Source of the DNA: Candidatus Limnocylindrus sp.
GTDB lineage: Bacteria; Chloroflexota; Limnocylindria; Limnocylindrales; Limnocylindraceae
Assembly (NCBI GenBank): GCA_040397175.1
Contig: JBBAWM010000006.1
Span: 1-58,913 of the forward strand
DNA length: 58,913 bases
Direction: 5' to 3'
Shown here: in pieces, positions 17,963 through 26,056 of the stretch
How the letters are laid out: the number at the start of each line of letters is the position of its first letter
Position numbering within the stretch: position 1 is the first letter of the stretch
The notes under the pieces: generated by a model
The model's database searches: none
What the model saw: the letters and a program-made list of their open reading frames with translations, nothing else
Told to the model about the DNA's origin: nothing
Program-made: the position numbers and the translations under genes

Positions 17963-18328
17963 ATGACCCAGACCTTCAGCTTTTTCGCCAAGAAGACCGC
18001 CTCTTACACCTACGCCGTGCGCGAGGATGACATGCTGCCCGGCACCTACTTCGGTGATGTGTCGCTGTGCGACGCTTACGGCACCAGCCTCTGGGTGTTC
18101 GTGCCGCGCGATATGTATCAGGACGATCTGGGTAGCCGGGTCGAGGTGAGCGAATGCCTTCAGGAAGTTCTGGCGGATGTTCGCGCCGCTTACGCTCAGA
18201 TGATTGCTCGCAACAAGTCTGAATCCGATGCTGAGCATTATGCCGAGAACGCTTGGTTGCGCATCGCTGAATACAACGCTGAGCATCAGGATGAGATGGA
18301 TCGCGAGGACATGATGGGCCTGACCTAA
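17963..18328 (+). CDS. Acidic hypothetical early protein
   Basis: RBS GGAG, own promoter, good codon bias. Confidence 0.75.
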   Translation: MTQTFSFFAKKTASYTYAVREDDMLPGTYFGDVSLCDAYGTSLWVFVPRDMYQDDLGSRVEVSECLQEVLADVRAAYAQMIARNKSESDAEHYAENAWLRIAEYNAEHQDEMDREDMMGLT

Positions 18329-18330
18329 CA

Positions 18331-18399
18331 GGCGAAACCTAGGGGCTTCGGCCCCGATGGTCCGCCGGGTTGGCTACCCGGCGCTGATGAGCCAGCCAA
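18331..18399 (+). ncRNA. Type II hammerhead ribozyme
   Basis: GGC-GAAA-stem III-GUC-stem I (CGCCGGGT/ACCCGGCG)-CUGAUGA-GCC; UUGGCU at loop I can pair with the 3' AGCCAA as a pseudoknot. Confidence 0.92.
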
Positions 18400-18415
18400 A
18401 GAAAGGATAACTTAA

Positions 18416-18688
18416 ATGACCGACACCACTCCCAGCGAATTTATCGTCATGACCAGCACCGCCCAGGTCTCGGGTAAAGCGCGCCAGTTCGGCCGCTACC
18501 GCAACGTGGCAGTGCTCGAGATCGAGCCCGGCACTCAGCCGGCCATGATCTCGGAGCGCGCCCGTGGCGTGCGCAGGATCGTCTGGCGCAGCGGCGCGGT
18601 GTCGGTGGGCAAGACCGACAAATGCGCCTATGCCCGTGCTCAGCGCGAAGCCCAGGCACTGCTCGCAACGCTGCAAGCGGGAGCCTGA
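18416..18688 (+). CDS. Hypothetical early protein
   Basis: RBS GAAAGGA directly after the ribozyme. Confidence 0.75.
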   Translation: MTDTTPSEFIVMTSTAQVSGKARQFGRYRNVAVLEIEPGTQPAMISERARGVRRIVWRSGAVSVGKTDKCAYARAQREAQALLATLQAGA

Positions 18689-18691
18689 GCC

Positions 18692-18949
18692 ATGATGCTT
18701 CCCACAATCCACATGAACGGCACTAGCGGGCGAGCACTGCTCGAAGGCTACTGCGATGCCATCTCAGCAATCCACGCCGCCCTCGACGCCCTGGCGCGCG
18801 CCGCGCCCAATGGTCGGGACTACTACCCGCAAGGCCCCGATGCCTGCGCCCTGGCCGATGGCGAGCATGACGCCCGCAAGCAGGCGCTGATGAAGGTGCT
18901 GAACGAATTGCAGGTTCTGGCCGAACACGTCGCAGACCGGCAAAAATAA
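18692..18949 (+). CDS. Hypothetical protein
   Basis: PTIHMNGTS...PNGRDYYPQG pattern recognised from small phage proteins; RBS GGAG. Confidence 0.7.
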   Translation: MMLPTIHMNGTSGRALLEGYCDAISAIHAALDALARAAPNGRDYYPQGPDACALADGEHDARKQALMKVLNELQVLAEHVADRQK

Positions 18950-18973
18950 TTTGTTGGATGGGCGTTTTTTGGG

Positions 18974-19045
18974 TTGCACCCATTTTTGATGAGCATTAAA
19001 AGATGTGCAGGCGGCGGGATCAACCGACCGCCGCAGGAAAGGAAC
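18974..19045 (+). promoter_or_regulatory. Early promoter, leader hairpin and RBS
   Basis: TTGCAC-N17-TAAAAG, then CAGGC, hairpin GCGGCGG...CCGCCGC and GGAAAGGAAC. Confidence 0.7.
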
Positions 19046-19052
19046 TAGGACG

Positions 19053-19412
19053 ATGACCAACGCGATTCAGACGTATCTAACTGAGAACGCTAATTACCTG
19101 GACGAGAACAGCGCCGCTGCAATCAGCGGTTTCCCCGAGAGCGCTTGGGCTGCGCTGGTGCAAGCGGTCAGCATTTTGAGCGGCGGCGGCACTAACCCCG
19201 GCATTGACTGTAATGTGGCCGTGACAAGTGAAGCCCTCGCCGACATCGATGCTGCTCGCGCGCAGCATTGGAGCGAGCGAGGCGCGCGGCATGAACATGA
19301 ACTGGCTGGATTGACTGCGATCCATTTTGAACGATTTCAACTTCGCCGTGGTGCGGCACGGCGAAGCCAGATTGTCATTGATCTCGGTGATCGTCGAGTC
19401 AGCCTTTACTGA
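19053..19412 (+). CDS. Hypothetical early protein
   Basis: Strong RBS and own promoter. Confidence 0.7.
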   Translation: MTNAIQTYLTENANYLDENSAAAISGFPESAWAALVQAVSILSGGGTNPGIDCNVAVTSEALADIDAARAQHWSERGARHEHELAGLTAIHFERFQLRRGAARRSQIVIDLGDRRVSLY

Positions 19413-19502
19413 TAACCCCGACCGGTCACTGGATGCGCCGCCCACGCGGAGGCGCATCAAGCGACCGGGTGGATTAACCGCCCGGCGACATGGAGAAAGA
19501 AA

Positions 19503-19859
19503 ATGACCATTCAAAACGGACGCACCCGCCGCACACGGCACAAGCCGAATGCCCGCTGGGACGCCTACGACAGCCTCCCGCCGCTCACACGGCGGGCGCT
19601 ACAGGAGGGGCCGCAGCAATGGTGCGACATCGCGGTCAAGAAATACCTGCGGGAATTCCGCTCCAACAGTCCCTACATGTCCATGGAAAAGATCGACGCA
19701 TTTATGGCGGCTAAGATTGCCCGCTGGCACCTTGAGGACATCTCGGAAGCGCATGCGTGGCAACCCGCGCGCAAGCCATTTGAGCGCAAGCCGCGCCACC
19801 CGGTCCCGTCGCCGCATATCCTGGCGGACGCCACCATGCAGATGAGCGGACGCACATGA
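19503..19859 (+). CDS. Hypothetical protein (DUF6525-like)
   Basis: AYDSLPP..RRAL....W motif; RBS GGAG. Confidence 0.65.
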   Translation: MTIQNGRTRRTRHKPNARWDAYDSLPPLTRRALQEGPQQWCDIAVKKYLREFRSNSPYMSMEKIDAFMAAKIARWHLEDISEAHAWQPARKPFERKPRHPVPSPHILADATMQMSGRT

Positions 19860-20068
19860 GCGGCCAGGAATTCCGCACCGCCCTCGACGCCACCGGAGTA
19901 TCGGTGGCGTGGTTGGCGAAAGCGACGGGGCGCAGCAAAGGCGCATTCAGGCGCTGGATGGATGGCAGCGCCCGACCACCGCCCCCCCTACTGCACTGGC
20001 TCATCGCCCGCGCAGCCAACCCACCGCCCACCTTCCGACCCGACCCTCGCAAGAAGAATCTGCCATGA
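19856..20068 (+). CDS. Small HTH DNA-binding protein
   Basis: EFRTALDATGVSVAWLAKATGRS...FRRW.DG XRE-like pattern. Confidence 0.7.
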   Translation: MSGQEFRTALDATGVSVAWLAKATGRSKGAFRRWMDGSARPPPPLLHWLIARAANPPPTFRPDPRKKNLP

Positions 20069-20730
20069 CCACGCCCATAAAATATCCGGAAATCTATGAC
20101 GAAATTCGACGCTGCCCAAATGAACCGCTCGCATCCATCGCCAAACGTTTGGGGTTTGAAGCCCGGACCGTCGGACACGTCCGCGCCAGAATGGTCAAAG
20201 CAGGCGTGGTGAAAAACATTTTCAGCAAGGGCATAATTGCGCATCCGGAAATTCACGCGGCAATTCGAGAAAACCCCACTGAAATGCCCGCATCCATCGC
20301 CAAGCGCCTGGGCGTCGCGCCGCGCCTCGTCTCCCATGTGCGGGGCCGGATGATCGCAAATGGCGTAGTGCAAAACATAGCAGTCCGAAACCTCACCCCC
20401 ATCACCGAGGAGGAACGGACGGTTATTCTGGAGCTGCGCGAACGAGGATTCTCCTATCCCGCCATCGGCCAGAAAATGGGACGGAGCAAAGGCGCGATTG
20501 AACGTCTGTGCAACAATGCCCGCGACGCAGGGGAACTGAAGCCAATTGTCTATCAACCCCGCGAGGCGGTGCAGCGCGCGATTGAGATGATCGAAAAGCG
20601 CCCGCTGCCCAGGCTGAGCTTGAACATGACGGAAGCGGAGAAGCGCGCGGTAGCGTCTCTGCAAAATACCCTGCGGCATAAAACCAAGTTGGAACTGCTC
20701 GCCATGGTGCGGGGCCGGGTGCGAAAATAA
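20065..20730 (+). CDS. Multi-HTH DNA-binding protein
   Basis: Two tandem PEI...IR..P.E..ASIAKRLG....V.HVR.RM repeats plus a sigma-4-like HTH (GFSYPAIGQKMGRS). Confidence 0.7.
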   Translation: MTTPIKYPEIYDEIRRCPNEPLASIAKRLGFEARTVGHVRARMVKAGVVKNIFSKGIIAHPEIHAAIRENPTEMPASIAKRLGVAPRLVSHVRGRMIANGVVQNIAVRNLTPITEEERTVILELRERGFSYPAIGQKMGRSKGAIERLCNNARDAGELKPIVYQPREAVQRAIEMIEKRPLPRLSLNMTEAEKRAVASLQNTLRHKTKLELLAMVRGRVRK

Positions 20731-20812
20731 ATTAAGAAAAATGGCGAAAGGCTATTAATTTTTTCCCACTCTAAAAAATCCCGCGCCCGTCAAAAAATAT
20801 TGGACAGAGGGG

Positions 20813-20878
20813 TTGGCGCGGTAAAAAATACCCTGTAAAAAAATCAGGCGGGCGATGATGCCTCGCAGAGAAAGGAAC
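20813..20878 (+). promoter_or_regulatory. Early promoter, leader hairpin and RBS
   Basis: TTGGCG-N17-TAAAAA, then CAGGC, GGC-GATGAT-GCC hairpin and GAAAGGAAC. Confidence 0.6.
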
Positions 20879-20884
20879 TAAAAA

Positions 20885-22465
20885 ATGGCACCGCTTCCCA
20901 CTCGCATCGCCGCCACCCAGGCCGCTCCCGCCGTCAAGCACCAGCCTTCACCCCAGCAAGCTGCGGTTTATGACTGGACCAGCAACGGAACCGGCAGCGC
21001 GGTCATCGAAGCCGTCGCAGGCGCGGGCAAGACCACCACGCTGATCAACCTGCTCGACCGCACCAACGGCGACGTGGCTTTCATGGCTTACAACAAGAAA
21101 ATTGCAGAGGAGATCGCGGTCAAAGCTGCGCCGCTCAACCTGGGCGCTCGGGTTCGCATCGGCACAGTGCATAGCTTCGGCTTCTCGGCCCTGCGCACCG
21201 CCTGCCCGCGCATCAAGGTTGACGGCAAGAAGCTGATCACCATCGCCAAGCGCATGACGCAAAACAAGCGCCTGCCAATGGACCTGCACAGCTTCACCAT
21301 CAAAGCGGCTTCTATGGCCAAGCAAGCGGGCATCGGCGCGATGGTCAGCATTGCCGACGCCAAGGCGTGGGAAGGCATGATCGCTCATCACGCCCTTAAC
21401 GAACTGCTGCCCGACGGCTACGGGCTTGGCGAAGGCATCGACGCCGCCGCCGAGGTGCTGACCATCAGCAACAACATGGCCGACGAAATGATTGACTTCG
21501 ACGACATGGTTTACCTGCCCATCCAGCGCAACCTGACCATCCGCCCGTTTGACTGGGTGCTGATTGACGAGGCGCAGGACACCAACGCCACACGTCGCGC
21601 GCTGGCCAGCAAACTGCTCGCGCCCGGTGGACGTTTGGTTGCGGTGGGCGATCCCGCCCAGGCCATCTATGGCTTCACCGGCGCGGACTCCGATAGCCTG
21701 GGCCTCATCCGCGACGAATTCTCCGCCATCACTCTGCCGCTGACCGTCTCCTACCGCTGCCCCAAGGCGGTGGTGGCCGAGGCCCGCCAGTGGGTGCAGC
21801 ACATCCAGCCCGCCGCCAACGCCGCTCAGGGCAGCGTCAAACGCATCGACGAGAAAGTTTTCTGGGAAACAACCTACGCCAGCCTTACCGCCGACGACGC
21901 AATACTTTGCCGGAACACGGCGCCGCTGGTTGAAATTGCTTACAGCCTCATTCGGCGCGGCAAGGGCTGCATTATCGAAGGCCGCGACATCGGCATGGGA
22001 CTCATCAAACTGGCCAAAAAGTGGAAGACGGCCACGACGGTGGAAGACCTGCGCGACAAGCTAGGCCGCTGGTCACAGGCGGAAATCAAGCGCGCCACGG
22101 ATCGCGGCCAGGACGCACAGGCCGACAAAATCGCGGATCAAACCAGCACGCTCTTTGAAATCATGAGCGCGCTACCCGAAGATGCGCACATCTCCAGCGT
22201 CGAGATTGCCATCAACAAGCTCTTTGGTGACACGCCCGCAGGCGAGCGCCCCCGGGTGGTCACGCTCTCGACCATCCACAAGAGCAAGGGGCGGGAATGG
22301 AAGCGCGTAATCTGGTGGGGCGCCAACGCTTATCAGCCCAGCTTCTACGCCCGCCAGGATTGGCAGAAGGGCCAGGAGCGCAATTTGATGTATGTCGCTG
22401 CCACCCGCGCCCAGGAAACCCTGGTGCATGTGATGGTTGAGAAAAAGAAGAGGAACGCAGAATGA
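20885..22465 (+). CDS. UvrD/Rep-family SF1 helicase
   Basis: AVAGAGKTT, IDEAQD, VGDPAQAIYGF, SYRC, TIHKSKGRE and YVAATRA motifs. Confidence 0.92.
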   Translation: MAPLPTRIAATQAAPAVKHQPSPQQAAVYDWTSNGTGSAVIEAVAGAGKTTTLINLLDRTNGDVAFMAYNKKIAEEIAVKAAPLNLGARVRIGTVHSFGFSALRTACPRIKVDGKKLITIAKRMTQNKRLPMDLHSFTIKAASMAKQAGIGAMVSIADAKAWEGMIAHHALNELLPDGYGLGEGIDAAAEVLTISNNMADEMIDFDDMVYLPIQRNLTIRPFDWVLIDEAQDTNATRRALASKLLAPGGRLVAVGDPAQAIYGFTGADSDSLGLIRDEFSAITLPLTVSYRCPKAVVAEARQWVQHIQPAANAAQGSVKRIDEKVFWETTYASLTADDAILCRNTAPLVEIAYSLIRRGKGCIIEGRDIGMGLIKLAKKWKTATTVEDLRDKLGRWSQAEIKRATDRGQDAQADKIADQTSTLFEIMSALPEDAHISSVEIAINKLFGDTPAGERPRVVTLSTIHKSKGREWKRVIWWGANAYQPSFYARQDWQKGQERNLMYVAATRAQETLVHVMVEKKKRNAE

Positions 22466-22650
22466 ACGACGAGGAATTCCGGGCCATTGTGAATCAAGGA
22501 CCGCTAATCGTAATGGTCGAGAAGGGCCACCTGCTGGCCCTGCTTGACGAGCGAGACCGGCTTCGTGCCGCCTTGACCGAGGTAATGTCTGGGCTGGACG
22601 AAATCATCGAATTCGCTCACGACACTCTGCACGAGGAGCCAAAACATTGA
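22462..22650 (+). CDS. Hypothetical protein
   Basis: ATGA overlap, RBS GAGGA; LLALLDERDRLR coiled coil. Confidence 0.6.
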   Translation: MNDEEFRAIVNQGPLIVMVEKGHLLALLDERDRLRAALTEVMSGLDEIIEFAHDTLHEEPKH

Positions 22651-22790
22651 CACTTGATTTCTTTTGGGGCGTTTTGATCGCCGGATGTATGGGAGGTGTC
22701 TTGGGCGCTTGCGTGGGCATAGCTGCGCAATGGCGCGATACGGATATCAAATGGCGCGATACGGATATCAATTCAAGGAACAGGCGATGA
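22647..22790 (+). CDS. Small membrane protein (47 aa, not in the ORF track)
   Basis: TTG start overlapping the upstream stop, GAGGAG RBS, one TM helix, stop overlaps the next ATG. Confidence 0.55.
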   Translation: MTLDFFWGVLIAGCMGGVLGACVGIAAQWRDTDIKWRDTDINSRNRR

Positions 22791-23014
22791 ACGACGCAAT
22801 CAGAAACGCCATCAACGCCGCCGCGCAAGAATTTTGCTTTGGCTCCGACGGTCACGATTGCGAGGCATGCATTGACCCCGAGCAATGCTGCCGGTCAGCC
22901 ATTTTTGCAGCCACTGTCATTTCGGTGGTGGCGACGTTTTTGGAGGCGTTGCCAAAAGACACAATCTTCAATGGCGGAGGGTTAGCCGCTGCCGTGAGGG
23001 AGTGTCGCGTATAA
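22787..23014 (+). CDS. Cys-rich hypothetical protein
   Basis: ATG at 22787 with AAGGA RBS. Confidence 0.55.
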   Translation: MNDAIRNAINAAAQEFCFGSDGHDCEACIDPEQCCRSAIFAATVISVVATFLEALPKDTIFNGGGLAAAVRECRV

Positions 23015-23020
23015 ATGCTT

Positions 23021-23048
23021 TTGTCCGCCGGGCTTGATCGGGTATAAT
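23021..23048 (+). promoter_or_regulatory. Sigma70-like promoter upstream of the methylase/packaging module
   Basis: TTGTCC-N16-TATAAT. Confidence 0.5.
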
Positions 23049-23089
23049 TCGCCGCCTACTTTTGACGCGAACCCCGAAGGACAAATGTT

Positions 23090-24244
23090 TTGAAAGCCGC
23101 CCCGCAGCAATCCTGGCCAGCCGATCAAGTCGAGCGCTGGCCCGTTGATAAGCTGGTTCCCTATGCCCGAAATTCCCGCACGCACTCCGACACTCAGGTG
23201 GCACAAATCGCCGCCAGCATTAAAGAATGGGGCTGGACCGAGGCACAGCGCCGCGCTTACGTCTTAGCCGACAACCAACTGGCCCTGAACGCGGGCTGGG
23301 ACATGGACCTGCTCTCCATAGAAATGCAGGATTTGAACGCAGACGGCTTTGACCTGAGCCTCATCGGCTTTGACGATAAAATGCTGGATGCGCTGCTGGC
23401 CGACAAAACCGAAGATGGTTTGACCGACCCGGACGATGCGCCTGAACCGACCGATGACCCAGAGACCAAGCTGGGCGATGTGTGGGTGCTAGGAGGTCAC
23501 CGGCTTATGTGCGGCGACAGCACCAGCATCGACGACATGGAGAAATTGACCGCCCAGCAAAAGGTGGACATGTGGCTGACCGATCCGCCTTACAACGTCG
23601 CTTACGAAGGCGGAACAAAAGAAAAGCTGACCATCAAAAACGACAGCATGGGCGACGATCAATTTCGCCAATTTCTCCGCGACGCATACGTCGCTGCCGA
23701 TGCGGTCATGAAGGCGGGAGCCGTTTTCTATATCTGGCACGCTGATTCAGAAGGCTACAATTTTCGCGGCGCAGCAAAGGACGCAGGCTGGACTGTTCGC
23801 CAATGCCTGATCTGGAAAAAGTCGTCGCTGGTTATGGGGCGCCAGGATTATCACTGGAAGCATGAGCCGTGCCTTTATGGCTGGAAGGAGGGATCGGCTC
23901 ACCTCTGGGCGGCGGATCGCAAGCAGACCACCATCCTTGAATTCGACAAGCCATCCCGCAATGGCGAACACCCGACCATGAAGCCGGTGGCGCTGTTTGA
24001 ATATCAATTGCTCAACAACACCAAGGGCGGCGACATCGTTTTGGACAGCTTTGGCGGTTCCGGTACCACCATGATTGCTGCCGAAAAGAATGGCCGTCTC
24101 TCCCGCTTAATGGAGTTGGACCCAAAATATTGCGACGTTATTATTAAACGCTGGCAGGAATTCACTGGCAAGACCGCGACGCTGGAAGGCGACGGGCGGA
24201 CGTTTGCTGAGATTTCCGAAGCAAACACAAAAGCCGAAGCATAA
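23090..24244 (+). CDS. DNA N6-adenine/N4-cytosine methyltransferase with internally deleted ParB-like domain
   Basis: LTDPPY, HPTMKP and DSFGGSGTT motifs; N-terminal LVPYARNSRTH...ADN ParB-like remnant. Confidence 0.88.
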   Translation: MKAAPQQSWPADQVERWPVDKLVPYARNSRTHSDTQVAQIAASIKEWGWTEAQRRAYVLADNQLALNAGWDMDLLSIEMQDLNADGFDLSLIGFDDKMLDALLADKTEDGLTDPDDAPEPTDDPETKLGDVWVLGGHRLMCGDSTSIDDMEKLTAQQKVDMWLTDPPYNVAYEGGTKEKLTIKNDSMGDDQFRQFLRDAYVAADAVMKAGAVFYIWHADSEGYNFRGAAKDAGWTVRQCLIWKKSSLVMGRQDYHWKHEPCLYGWKEGSAHLWAADRKQTTILEFDKPSRNGEHPTMKPVALFEYQLLNNTKGGDIVLDSFGGSGTTMIAAEKNGRLSRLMELDPKYCDVIIKRWQEFTGKTATLEGDGRTFAEISEANTKAEA

Positions 24245-24247
24245 GCC

Positions 24248-24592
24248 ATGCCAGCGGGCCGACCGCCTTACAAAACGAACGATAGGGACCGAGCCATGGT
24301 GAAAACCATGATCGGCTACGGCATTCCCTATTCCGAAATTTCGGGCATTTTGAAAATCGACCTCAAAACAATGAGGAAATATTATAAAGACGAAATGGAC
24401 ACGGGCGCGACCACCGCCAACGCAGCCATGGCGCAGAACCTATGGAAAAAGGCGATGGGCGACGGACCCAGCGCCGTAACTGCGACAATCTTTTGGTTGA
24501 AATGCCGCGCTAACTGGTCCGAAAAGGTGCCGATGGAAGACACCGAAAAGGGGCTGACCATCAAGGTTATTGGCGGGCTGCCCGATGTCTGA
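24248..24592 (+). CDS. terS: Terminase small subunit
   Basis: GRPP, HTH and ATIFWLK.RA.W motif; directly upstream of the large subunit. Confidence 0.8.
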   Translation: MPAGRPPYKTNDRDRAMVKTMIGYGIPYSEISGILKIDLKTMRKYYKDEMDTGATTANAAMAQNLWKKAMGDGPSAVTATIFWLKCRANWSEKVPMEDTEKGLTIKVIGGLPDV

Positions 24593-25877
24593 AATTGTCG
24601 TGAAGCTGCCCGAACTGCATGCCGGTCAGGTTGACGCGTTCAAGATGCTGGGCGCGGACAGCAAACCCGCGCGCTTCCGCGCAATCCGTTGCGGGCGTCG
24701 CTGGGGCAAAACCAGCATGGCAAAAACTATGGCGGGCGACCGAATTATGAAGGGTCGCATCCAGGGCTATTTCGTCCCGGCGTATAAATACCAAACCGAA
24801 ATCTACGACGAGCTTCTGGACATGCTCCGCCCGGTGGTGAAGTCGCACAACAAGACCGAAGGCATCATCCGCTGCATCACCGGGGGCCGGATTGAATTTT
24901 GGACCCTGGAGAACGAGAGCGCGGGCCGGTCCCGCAAATATCACGATGTCTATATTGACGAGGCGGCGTTCACCAAACCGAACATGATGGACATCTGGAA
25001 CCGCGCAATCCAGCCCACCCTGCTCGACTACAAAGGCACGGCGACGGCGCTGAGCAATGCCAACGGCGTTGACCCCGACAATTTCTTTTGGCGCATTTGC
25101 AACGAGCCAGAACACGGCTTTTCCGAATTCCATGCGCCCACAGCCAGCAACCCTTACATGCCACAGGAGGAGTTGGTGCGGCTGGAGGCAGAGCGCCCGC
25201 CCCTGGTTTGGAAACAGGAATATCTGGCCGAATTCGTGGACTGGTCCGGAACGCAATTTTTCAAACTGGAAAACCTGCTCACCGACGGCGCCCCGGTGGA
25301 ATACCCGACGCAATGCGCTGGGGTGTTCGCCGTCGTTGATACCGCCACCAAGACCGGCAAGGAAAACGACGGCACCGCCGTCATTTTCTGCGCCCGAGGC
25401 GCATATGGCATGAAGCCGGAATTGATCATCCTCGACTACGAAGTCTGCCAAATTGAAGGCGCTTTGCTGGAGCATTGGCTTCCGAACATTTTTGCCCGGC
25501 TAGAGGATTTCGCCGCCCAATGCGGCGCGCAGATTGGCAACCTGGGCGTGTGGATTGAGGACAAGGCTTCCGGCATGGTGCTGCTGCAACAGGGCGTCAG
25601 GCGCGGCTGGAACACCCACAGCATCGACAGCAAGTTGACCAGCCTGGGCAAAGCGGAGCGCGCTATTTCCGTCTCCGGCTACGTCCATCAGGGCAAGGTG
25701 AAATTTTCCCGCCACGTTTACGAAAAAACGATGATATACAAAGGGGCGACGAGAAATCACCTTATGCAACAAGTTTTGACGTTCACGCTGGGCGTCAAGG
25801 ACATGGGCGAAGATGACCTGCTCGACGCATTCTGCTATTCCATCGCCATCGCACTTGGCAACCAAGAGGGGTTCTAA
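24585..25877 (+). CDS. terL: Terminase large subunit
   Basis: CGRRWGKT Walker A, YIDEAAF Walker B, QEYLAEF, and nuclease acidic motifs VDTA and DDLLDA. Confidence 0.92.
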   Translation: MSEIVVKLPELHAGQVDAFKMLGADSKPARFRAIRCGRRWGKTSMAKTMAGDRIMKGRIQGYFVPAYKYQTEIYDELLDMLRPVVKSHNKTEGIIRCITGGRIEFWTLENESAGRSRKYHDVYIDEAAFTKPNMMDIWNRAIQPTLLDYKGTATALSNANGVDPDNFFWRICNEPEHGFSEFHAPTASNPYMPQEELVRLEAERPPLVWKQEYLAEFVDWSGTQFFKLENLLTDGAPVEYPTQCAGVFAVVDTATKTGKENDGTAVIFCARGAYGMKPELIILDYEVCQIEGALLEHWLPNIFARLEDFAAQCGAQIGNLGVWIEDKASGMVLLQQGVRRGWNTHSIDSKLTSLGKAERAISVSGYVHQGKVKFSRHVYEKTMIYKGATRNHLMQQVLTFTLGVKDMGEDDLLDAFCYSIAIALGNQEGF

Positions 25878-26056
25878 TGGCCGACGCGGTTCAAATGCTC
25901 GCTCTTGCTCTTGCAAGATATGGTTATGACGTGCCCGCCTATGCGATCCGTGCTGCACTGACCATGGCGCGCGTTAACATTGGCGTGGCATCATCCGCCC
26001 CGTTTGAAGACCACCTCGCCACCCATCGGCGGCTCTCTGAAAAGGGCGTAGATTAA
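25877..26056 (+). CDS. Small hypothetical protein (59 aa)
   Basis: TAATG overlap with terL; the stop abuts the portal ATG; fills the gap exactly. Confidence 0.5.
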   Translation: MADAVQMLALALARYGYDVPAYAIRAALTMARVNIGVASSAPFEDHLATHRRLSEKGVD

